Positions 56,902 through 64,000 of a stretch of 64,000 nucleotides of DNA are shown in pieces. Both the position numbers and the translations under genes were made by a program. Position 1 is the first letter of the stretch; the number at the start of each line of letters is the position of its first letter. The stretch comes from Candidatus Limnocylindrus sp. (lineage in GTDB: Bacteria > Chloroflexota > Limnocylindria > Limnocylindrales > Limnocylindraceae): the NCBI GenBank assembly GCA_040397215.1, contig JBBAWK010000001.1. One strand, written 5' to 3'. The notes beneath the pieces were generated by a model, which was not told the origin of the DNA, did not search any database, and saw nothing but the letters and a program-made list of their open reading frames with translations.

Positions 56902-57024
56902 GCTGAATGTGACGGCGCCGCTGCCGTGAAGGTCGCGCTGAGCGGGATCCTGGAGTTCGTTCAATGCTCCTCCTGAAGGGGGATTTCTGACGCATTTTGT
57001 CGGAATTGATACTACCCTATCTCC

Positions 57025-58047
57025 ATGAGCCGAAGCGACGAACGAGCGATCGCCCTCTCGAACGCCCTCCCTGCAGGATTCACGGCGCTCCCCTGCGACG
57101 TTGAACGTGATGTTGCAGCGCTGACCACCCTCACCAACGAGAACTACCACGCGGTCGGCTACCCGCTGCTGTACAGCGAGGGCGACATGCTCGAAGACCT
57201 CACTGCCTCTGGCATCGACGCTCACAACAACGCCATCGTCGTCCGCGCTCCCACCGGCGCAATTGCGGGATGGGGTTGGGCGGTCGGCGCGACCGACGCC
57301 GAGAAGCCGCGCGCCTACCTCTTCGGCGGCGTGCACCCGCTCTTTCAGGGCATAGGACTTGGTCGCCACCTTCTTGCATGGTCAAGGGATCGTGCCCGAG
57401 AGCTGCTCGCGCCGTTTCCTGGCGCAACGATTCAGGCGCACTGCGTTGAGCCCGACGAGCGTGCGCAGCGACTCTATGTGGCCGCCGGCATGCGACCCAT
57501 TCGCTACTACTCGGAGATGCTGCTGCGTTTTGCCAATCGACCCACCAGTAGCAAGCTCAGCAACGCGCCAATCCCTTCTGGCTACCAGTCGCTGGCGATA
57601 GCCGGGGTTGATCTAGAGGCGCTTCGGGTGCTGAAGAATCACTGTTTTGCCGATCACTGGGGGAGCTCATCGATGACACCCATCGAGTGGCAGGAGTACC
57701 TGGCCGCCGAATCAGCGCGACCGGCGCTCAGTGAGGTGATCACCGATGTGAACGGCGAACTTGTCGCCTATCAGCTTACGGGCGCATTCCCACAAGACAG
57801 CAACACCGTTGGCCACGTGCTCTGGGTGAACAACCTCGGCGTGCATCGCGAGCATCGCAACCGCGGCCTTGCACGGCTACTGCTTGAGCGGCATCTGATT
57901 CGTGCGCAGGCCGACGGCTACGAAGGGTCGATGATTGGGGTTGATGCCGAGTCGTTAACTGGCGCGAACAAACTCTATGAGAGCGTTGGATACAAGCACC
58001 ACTCTGGCGCCGTGCGCTACATCCTTGGAGACGCGGAGTTCTCCTAG
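57025..58047 (+). CDS. Two-domain GNAT N-acetyltransferase (MshD-like architecture)
   Basis: 340 aa with two acetyl-CoA motifs (QGIGLGRHLL and RNRGLARLLL). Confidence 0.55.
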   Translation: MSRSDERAIALSNALPAGFTALPCDVERDVAALTTLTNENYHAVGYPLLYSEGDMLEDLTASGIDAHNNAIVVRAPTGAIAGWGWAVGATDAEKPRAYLFGGVHPLFQGIGLGRHLLAWSRDRARELLAPFPGATIQAHCVEPDERAQRLYVAAGMRPIRYYSEMLLRFANRPTSSKLSNAPIPSGYQSLAIAGVDLEALRVLKNHCFADHWGSSSMTPIEWQEYLAAESARPALSEVITDVNGELVAYQLTGAFPQDSNTVGHVLWVNNLGVHREHRNRGLARLLLERHLIRAQADGYEGSMIGVDAESLTGANKLYESVGYKHHSGAVRYILGDAEFS

Positions 58048-58054
58048 GGGTTCG

Positions 58055-58672
58055 TTAGTCGCGAACGGGCGTCTGTGAAACGGATCGCGTTGCCGAAGCT
58101 TCGAGCTTCTCCGCCTGACGCGCGAGCAGCCACAAGAGATCGGCGAGGCGGTTCAAATACGCCAACAGGTGCTCGCCAGGGAGTAGCCCTTCGCGGCCGA
58201 GGGTGACGCACCAGCGCTCCGCACGGCGAATGATCGTGCGCGCGAGCTCAATGGCCGACGAGGCCTTACTCGAACCTGGGATTACGAAGTCTTTCGGGAA
58301 TTCAATCACCGCTTCGGTGGCGGCAAGCAGCGTGTTGATGCGCGCCAACATCTTTGGTGAAACCTTGGTGCGCCCCTCTTCGAGGCGGTTCCATGCGTCT
58401 GGGTTCGTTGCGAGTTCGGCGCCAATCACAAAGAGGTCGCGCTGAATGGAGAGAATGGTTTCGTCGAGCTCGGCGATCCCCTCGCCGGTAAGGCCGATCA
58501 GTTCGGCGCGGGCCATGCCGAGTGCGGCGGTGGCTTCGTCGATGGTGCCGTACGCCTCGGTGCGCACATCGTCTTTTGAGATTCGATCGCCGCCGAAGAG
58601 GAGGCCTGTGGTGCCAGTGTCACCCTTACCGGTGGCGACCTTGCTTGCTGGCAGCTTCAGCTCGTCGCTCAC
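58055..58672 (-). CDS. ATP:cob(I)alamin adenosyltransferase, PduO type
   Basis: 205 aa: TGKGDTGTTGL N-terminal motif, MMAB/PduO fold. Confidence 0.85.
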   Translation of the reverse strand: MSDELKLPASKVATGKGDTGTTGLLFGGDRISKDDVRTEAYGTIDEATAALGMARAELIGLTGEGIAELDETILSIQRDLFVIGAELATNPDAWNRLEEGRTKVSPKMLARINTLLAATEAVIEFPKDFVIPGSSKASSAIELARTIIRRAERWCVTLGREGLLPGEHLLAYLNRLADLLWLLARQAEKLEASATRSVSQTPVRD

Positions 58673-58989
58673 CAGGCGAGACCCGCATCCTTCGGATCCC
58701 AGCGCTCGGCGAGGAGTGTGACCTTCACCGGATGCTCGAGCACCGATTCCGCCGCCTCTTTCACCTGCGCAAGCATCGAGCCTGCGTATGGGCAGAACGG
58801 CGTGGTGAGGATCATCTTCACTTCGGATTCGGTCTCGCCCACCAGCACCTGGCGAATGAGTGCGAGTTCGACGACATTCATGCCGATCTCGGGATCAACA
58901 ACAGAACGCAGCGCGTCGAGGATTGCGAGTTCGGTGGCACGCTTCTGCGCATCAAACGGGGTGATTGCGGCGAGAGTCTCTTCGGTCAT
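58669..58989 (-). CDS. sufT: SufT / MIP18-family (DUF59) Fe-S assembly protein
   Basis: 106 aa: VVDPEIGMNVVELALI...TTPFCPY. Confidence 0.75.
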   Translation of the reverse strand: MTEETLAAITPFDAQKRATELAILDALRSVVDPEIGMNVVELALIRQVLVGETESEVKMILTTPFCPYAGSMLAQVKEAAESVLEHPVKVTLLAERWDPKDAGLAW

Positions 58990-59261
58990 ACGAGGCTCGC
59001 CTCCTCTGATGTGAGCTCTGGGCCCAGCAGCGTGCCATCGCTATCAAAGAACACTTCATAGTGTTCGCGGTTCGCCACGGCGAATTCATAGGCGCGTGCG
59101 ATGCCAACGATGCGCAGCTCGGGCATCTCTTTCAACAGCTGTGCGCCGTCAAACCCCGATGCGCGGAGCTCAAGCAGTCGCCGCACGGTGAGGCGCGTGC
59201 CGTACAAGAATGGCTCGCCATTCATGACGAGCGGATCGGTGTGCACCCACTTGAGGGTCAT
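58986..59261 (-). CDS. DUF433-domain protein
   Basis: Internal ATG at 59261 (MTLKWVHTDPLVMNGEPFLYGTRLTV). 91 aa. Starts 2 nt after the upstream gene. Confidence 0.5.
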   Translation of the reverse strand: MTLKWVHTDPLVMNGEPFLYGTRLTVRRLLELRASGFDGAQLLKEMPELRIVGIARAYEFAVANREHYEVFFDSDGTLLGPELTSEEASLV

Positions 59262-59263
59262 GC

Positions 59264-59746
59264 TTACGCCCCCTTGTAGATGGCCGCGAGGATGCGGTTG
59301 CGCTTGCGCGTGTCGCCACCAAGGCGACGGTGCCACTTTAGTACAGCGATCCCTTCGAGGAGTGCGCGATCGGCGAACGCAGCGGCCTCGCCAGCGAGCA
59401 CGTTTGGTACGGCCACTCGTAGGCCTTCATAGAGATCGGTGACGTCATCCATGGAGATGCGGCGGCGGCGCCAGGTTGGGGTGCCATGTTCGGTGAAGCT
59501 CTTCAGCGGGGTGATGCTGCCAGAGGCAACGCTCTCGGCGAGCTTCTCGAGCACCACCTGGGCATCGCGCATGAGGTGGCGCAGGCCGATGTCGCCCACG
59601 CGGTCGCGGAGTTCAGGATTGCGCTCAACGGCGGCCACGATGGCGCGGCCAGCGAGCTGCTCCCACTGGGCGGTGAGTGGCGCAACAACGCTCGGGAACC
59701 CGGCGGTACGGTCGAGGGGGCGGACGCCGTGCAGTGGGTGACTCAT
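59264..59746 (-). CDS. Hypothetical all-alpha protein
   Basis: 160 aa. First gene of a tightly spaced four-gene same-strand run (this, DUF433, sufT, PduO-type ATR). Confidence 0.4.
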   Translation of the reverse strand: MSHPLHGVRPLDRTAGFPSVVAPLTAQWEQLAGRAIVAAVERNPELRDRVGDIGLRHLMRDAQVVLEKLAESVASGSITPLKSFTEHGTPTWRRRRISMDDVTDLYEGLRVAVPNVLAGEAAAFADRALLEGIAVLKWHRRLGGDTRKRNRILAAIYKGA

Positions 59747-59784
59747 GTGCCTAAGGGTACCATCGCGCCCCGCAAGAGAGCCCG

Positions 59785-60297
59785 CTACCAGATGTCGTCG
59801 CCCTCGCCCTTCACGGGCGTTCGTGTGCGATTCAGGGCGTGATCTTCATGCTCGCTCGCCGCCTTGCGCGCGGCATCGATTGCCGCCTGCAGCGCACCGG
59901 TGCCGCCAGCTAAGCCGTGCGGCGCCTCAAAGAGATGATCGGGCAGCCCCTCCTTCTGGTCGCGCGCACGCCCCTTCGTTTCGCCAAGGAAGGGCATGCC
60001 GAGTCGCTCCACCGCGTCGAGTGAGGCGCGCAGCACGGCACCCTTGGCGGCGACCACGGCGCGCACCTCGTCGCCCTCCTCACCCTCGCTGATCTGGCGG
60101 CCGCGCAGGGGCTGCGCGATGCGCCCCACGTCGAGCCACGCCTGGTGGTAGCGATCCATCTGCCCCCACGCCGACGCCAGCAGTGCGTCGCTCGCGGCGA
60201 GCCAGGTGTTCAGCGCCGCTCGCGACGGGGCACGCGCAATGCGATCGCCCTGATCGATCAGGTCTTGCGTCTGCCGAACAAGATCGTCGCGCTTCAT
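59785..60297 (-). CDS. Hypothetical protein
   Basis: 170 aa, ATG start. No family recognised. Confidence 0.4.
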   Translation of the reverse strand: MKRDDLVRQTQDLIDQGDRIARAPSRAALNTWLAASDALLASAWGQMDRYHQAWLDVGRIAQPLRGRQISEGEEGDEVRAVVAAKGAVLRASLDAVERLGMPFLGETKGRARDQKEGLPDHLFEAPHGLAGGTGALQAAIDAARKAASEHEDHALNRTRTPVKGEGDDIW

Positions 60298-60302
60298 GCG
60301 CG

Positions 60303-60761
60303 CTAGTGGTCGCCCGTGGCGCGGTCGCTCTTGGCAAAGGCGCTCAGCTCGGCGCGACAGGCGTCGTGCGCCTTGGCCACCTGGCGCTCCAGCCAGCCGG
60401 TCATGCGCGAAGAATCTTCGAGCGTCACCACAGCGCCCTGGTCGCCATCTTCCACGATGAAGCCGGTCGTGGTGCGGAAGTCGCTAAACCAGTTCGCCTG
60501 CAGCTGCAGCAGCTCGTCGGCCACAACCCTGCGCTCAAAGAGCCAATCGAGGTGCACCGCATTGAGCGCGTCGGCAATGTCGGCGAGTCGCTCGCGAGTG
60601 CCGCGGCTCCGCGCCAGCATCAGCGTTGCCACGCGCACCGCCGTGAACGGCGAACGTGCCTCAGCGATCACCGGAGGCCAAGGAAGCGGAAGGGTGGCGT
60701 TGTCAGGTTTGCTCATGACCGACAGTATCGCACCACCCATAAAAAGAGACGACCCCCGCAC
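60303..60761 (-). CDS. Hypothetical protein
   Basis: 152 aa ORF; internal ATGs at 60740 and 60716 are alternative starts. 5 nt upstream of the preceding gene. Confidence 0.35.
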   Translation of the reverse strand: MRGSSLFMGGAILSVMSKPDNATLPLPWPPVIAEARSPFTAVRVATLMLARSRGTRERLADIADALNAVHLDWLFERRVVADELLQLQANWFSDFRTTTGFIVEDGDQGAVVTLEDSSRMTGWLERQVAKAHDACRAELSAFAKSDRATGDH

Positions 60762-60802
60762 CAGCGGGGGCCGCCTCTTGTCGTTTCTTTAGAAGCGGAC
60801 GC

Positions 60803-61853
60803 TTACGCGCGACGCTCCTTCTTCGAAAACGCCAGACCTGCAACTGCGAACAGTGCCGCCGCGAACGCGAGCATCGCGCTCATTGGCGACCAGGCCGTAT
60901 TCGTTGGCGGGAGTGGCGGCGGTGCCGCTGCCGTCAGTGTCATGCCGTAGCTCACATCAAAGGTATAGCTTGCACCAGCTGCAAGTGTGCCGATTTTTAC
61001 TGCTACCCCAATATCAGTGTCGTTTAAGACCGGGTCGCCCTTCACAATATTGGCGTTAGTTCCGTCCCAATTGTTGTTAGGGGTACCCCTATCGCAACCC
61101 ACATGCGCGCGCGTTTGTGTCGCTGCTAAACATCAGTAGCGCCGTGTCGACAGAATCGTACGAAGCAGTTGCCTGCACAACGGCAATTCCGTCGTCGGCA
61201 ATTGTTTTTGTGACGTTATTTGCGGTGTCGTACGCACCGCCCGCAGCCTTCACGTTATCAGGGTCTACGCAACGGCCATAGTAAATATCATCAATAGCAG
61301 CACCAGTTGTGTTTGATACCGTGACGTGCATCTTCAGCACGACATCATCCACAATCGAATACACCTGTACTAGTCCCAGCCCGTTGAATGCAGAATCCAT
61401 CGTCCAGGTTTCGCAGACGCCTGAACACACACTCCACGTGCCGAGTCCGAGGTCAGAGTCGCCGCCCCCGCTGTTGCCGCCCGAATTGGCGCCGACTGCC
61501 AGAGAGAAACCCTCATATGGGCTGCCAGGCTTGAAGAAGTCACCGATGTCGGCGCCTGTTCCCCAACCATCACCGTTGTCGTAGGTGAACCCGAGCACGT
61601 CATCACCAGCGGCTGACCAGGTGTTGTGCCCACTTTGATCGGATCGGGTGTGGGAGCCCGCGGGGGCGTTTCCAACGCTACCAAATGCACCGTTCTGCTG
61701 AATCCCGACGTTGACGTGGGTTCCGAGCAAGAATCGGTCCGTTGAATCACTTCCGCCACCAACGGCATATGTTGGGGCGATTCGTGCGGTGAGCACAAGT
61801 GACAGTGAGATGGCGGCTGTAACAACGCCGCGACGCAATGCGTTACCTCTCAT
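60803..61853 (-). pseudogene. Secreted, C-terminally anchored surface protein split by a frameshift at a (GC)n repeat
   Basis: ORF 61089..61910 has a signal peptide (MRGNALRRGVVTAAISLSLVLTARIAPTYA) and a Gly/Asp-rich beta-type domain, and stops at 61089. ORF 60803..61102, one frame over, carries a C-terminal sorting-type tail (PPPLPPTNTAW, hydrophobic segment, KKERRA). The junction sits at gcgcgcgcg (~61103-61112). Confidence 0.4.
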
Positions 61854-61955
61854 TGGAATAGTCCTACGTGCGGGCAAATTGACTTGAGTCCGGCGGACCC
61901 AAGTGTTCACGCTACGCGAGAGGCTACCAGAATTCTAACGGCGGAGTTCAGACGC

Positions 61956-63515
61956 TTAGAGCAGCTCCCCATGCGCCGCGGCGCTCGGCTCGCCCTCTTT
62001 CGGACGTGCGATGGTGCCGGCTGGGAGCACCTCGAGCGGCTCACGTGCTGTGCCCTCAACGGCGCCGCCGATGCCGAGTGGCTGCCACTTCGACGGATCC
62101 TGCAGGCGATGCGCCTCTGTGTTGCCGCGGCTATGCATCTCGGCGTGGCCCTTCGGCTCGATCCACATCTCATGGCCGGCGAGCAGACCGAAGATCCCCT
62201 CTTGTCCTGGCTCAGGACGTGAGCTGCGGCAATCGACGCACTTGGTGGCGTCATGTCGCGTGTAGTGCTCAGGCTCTTCGTAGGTGCTGATGTACCCCTC
62301 GTAGTTGCGCAGCACCACCTTGTGGTCGCTATACGAGATCAGGTAGTTCGGCATCACTGGAATCTTGCCGCCACCACCTGGTGAGTCGATCACGTAGGTT
62401 GGCACGGCGTAGCCGCTGGTGTGGCCGCGCAGACCTTCGATGATCTCGAGCCCCTTGCCCACAGGTGTACGGAAGTGGCCTGAGCCTTCAACGAGGTCGC
62501 ACTGATAGATGTAGTACGGGCGGATGCGATTCTCGACGAGCTTGTGCACCAGCTTGCGCATGATGTGCACGCAGTCGTTGACGCCCGCGAGCAACACCGA
62601 CTGATTGCCAACCGGGATGCCGGCGCGCGTGAGCTTGTCAACGGCGCGCGACACTTCTGGGGTGATCTCCTGCGCGTGATTGAAGTGCAGGTTCATCCAG
62701 AGTGGGTGGTACTTGGCGAGCATCTCGCAGAGCTCGTCATCGACGCGCTGCGGCATGAAGACTGGCACGCGCGAGCCGATGCGAATGATCTCGATGTGCG
62801 GAATGTCGCGCAGGCCGCGCAGGATCTTCTCAAAGAGCTTCGGTGCCAGGGTGAGCCCGTCACCACCGCTAATGAGTACGTCGCGCACCTGTGGGGTGCG
62901 GCGCAGGTAGTCGAGCTGCGCCTCGTGATCCTTGCTGTTGAAGTTCTGCGTTGGGTCGCCGACGATGCGCGAACGCGTGCAGTAGCGGCAGTACGAGGCG
63001 CACTGCGTGGTGACGAGCATCAGCACGCGGTCGGGGTAGCGGTGCACCAGGCCTGGCACTGGGGAGTGACGATCTTCGCCGAGCGAGTCTTCCATCATGG
63101 CGGTGAAGGCCTGCTGCTCAGAGCCGACCGGAATCACCTGGCGTCGGATTGGATCGTTTGGATCCTTCGGGTCGATCAGGCTAATGAAGTACGGGGTGAT
63201 GTCGACGCGGAACTTACCGTCCGCGGAGAGGCCTTCGCGCTCGTCGTCGGTGAGTTCGAGGATCTCGCCAATCTCTTCGAGCGAGTTGACGCGGTTGCTG
63301 AGCTGCCAGCGCCAGTCATCCCACTGCTCGTTCGGCACATTGGCCCACTTTGGGGCGCGGCGGCTGCGGAGTGGCTGACCATCGGCGCCAACGGCCTTGG
63401 CCGGATCGCGCGGATTCACCCAGGCGGCATCGGCGGCGGCAACCGCGATAGCGTTGCTCTTCAGAATCTCCGTTGCGTCCATGCCGTGCCTCCTACTCCC
63501 GGGCGGGTGCCCCAT
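61956..63515 (-). CDS. kamA: Lysine 2,3-aminomutase (KamA-family radical SAM aminomutase)
   Basis: 519 aa: radical-SAM cluster CASYCRYCTRS, KamA-family core, extended C-terminus. Confidence 0.85.
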   Translation of the reverse strand: MGHPPGSRRHGMDATEILKSNAIAVAAADAAWVNPRDPAKAVGADGQPLRSRRAPKWANVPNEQWDDWRWQLSNRVNSLEEIGEILELTDDEREGLSADGKFRVDITPYFISLIDPKDPNDPIRRQVIPVGSEQQAFTAMMEDSLGEDRHSPVPGLVHRYPDRVLMLVTTQCASYCRYCTRSRIVGDPTQNFNSKDHEAQLDYLRRTPQVRDVLISGGDGLTLAPKLFEKILRGLRDIPHIEIIRIGSRVPVFMPQRVDDELCEMLAKYHPLWMNLHFNHAQEITPEVSRAVDKLTRAGIPVGNQSVLLAGVNDCVHIMRKLVHKLVENRIRPYYIYQCDLVEGSGHFRTPVGKGLEIIEGLRGHTSGYAVPTYVIDSPGGGGKIPVMPNYLISYSDHKVVLRNYEGYISTYEEPEHYTRHDATKCVDCRSSRPEPGQEGIFGLLAGHEMWIEPKGHAEMHSRGNTEAHRLQDPSKWQPLGIGGAVEGTAREPLEVLPAGTIARPKEGEPSAAAHGELL

Positions 63516-63567
63516 GGGGGGCTGGATAGGGAGTATGCACGCTGGATAGCCGTCTGGGTAGCCCCCG

Positions 63568-64000
63568 CTAGGTAAGGAGCGTGACCGCCGCAGGGAGCAC
63601 GGTAAAACGTGCGGGGAGGCGCCCCACGATCTCGCCGTCGGCCTCGATCTCGACGGCGCGGGCCTCGGGGCCGCCCGCCGGTGCGGCGAAGACGTCGGCC
63701 CCCTGGGAGACGGTCACCTTCGGGTGCGCGTAGTGGGTGCCTTTGTAGAGGAGCGGCAGGCTGACCACGAAGTCGCTGCGGGCGATGTCGCCGAAGCGCA
63801 CCACCTCAAAGCGGCCATCGTCGATGCGGGCGGTTGGCGCCACATGCATGCCGCCGCCAAACCAGGCGCCGTTAGCGATCGCCATCGCGGCAACTGGGCC
63901 GCTCTCCGGCGCATGCGTGTCGACGCGTGCCTCTACCAGATCGGGCGCGTACTTCAGACCGGCGCGCACGGTCGCGAGTCCGAAAGCAAGCGCGCCAGCA
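63568..64000 (-). CDS. Diacylglycerol/lipid kinase family protein (YegS/BmrU-like), C-terminal part; gene continues past the window end
   Basis: C-terminal beta-sandwich of DAGK_cat proteins; ORF open to nt 64000. Confidence 0.55.
   Translation of the reverse strand, partial: AGALAFGLATVRAGLKYAPDLVEARVDTHAPESGPVAAMAIANGAWFGGGMHVAPTARIDDGRFEVVRFGDIARSDFVVSLPLLYKGTHYAHPKVTVSQGADVFAAPAGGPEARAVEIEADGEIVGRLPARFTVLPAAVTLLT

Noticed and set aside
56902-57024. Candidate Rrf2 operator palindrome (TCTGAC-N7-GTCGGA) in the sufR-like / MshD-like divergent region
   Set aside because: Only a weak, imperfect dyad; cannot be distinguished from chance in GC-rich sequence without comparative data.

Overview
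High-GC (~65-70%) bacterial chromosomal segment with dense, mostly operonic coding. Roughly 75 protein genes were called; no rRNA, tRNA, CRISPR array or mobile element was recognised. Core functions include a livKHMGF branched-chain amino-acid ABC importer, aspartate aminotransferase, citrate synthase, purA-purB, sufCSU with an Rrf2 regulator, sufT, a PduO-type adenosyltransferase, thiolase, an isocitrate dehydrogenase with a Thermus-type C-terminal domain, cytochrome P450, an ATP-dependent DNA ligase, rmuC and lysine 2,3-aminomutase. Stretches that look accessory are: (1) a UV-repair operon of CPD photolyase, a tiny DUF2256 zinc-ribbon gene and an FeS-type (6-4) photolyase, sitting directly upstream of (2) a six-gene same-strand operon (MFS transporter, three tandem phosphotriesterase-family paralogs, an amidotransferase-like gene, DinB); (3) a ~10 kb nucleoside-salvage supercluster made of an ECF transporter module (ecfA1A2T plus S-component plus a 71-aa membrane ORF), a divergently transcribed DUF2419/Q_salvage (Qng1-like) gene with an MFS, an IunH-family nucleoside hydrolase, two uridine-phosphorylase paralogs and ribokinase. 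The third is the best candidate here for a previously undescribed modified-nucleoside (queuosine-type) salvage system. Coordinates taken from the ORF track are exact; the few derived by reading the sequence by eye (hairpins, promoter, small ORFs) may be off by 1-2 nt.
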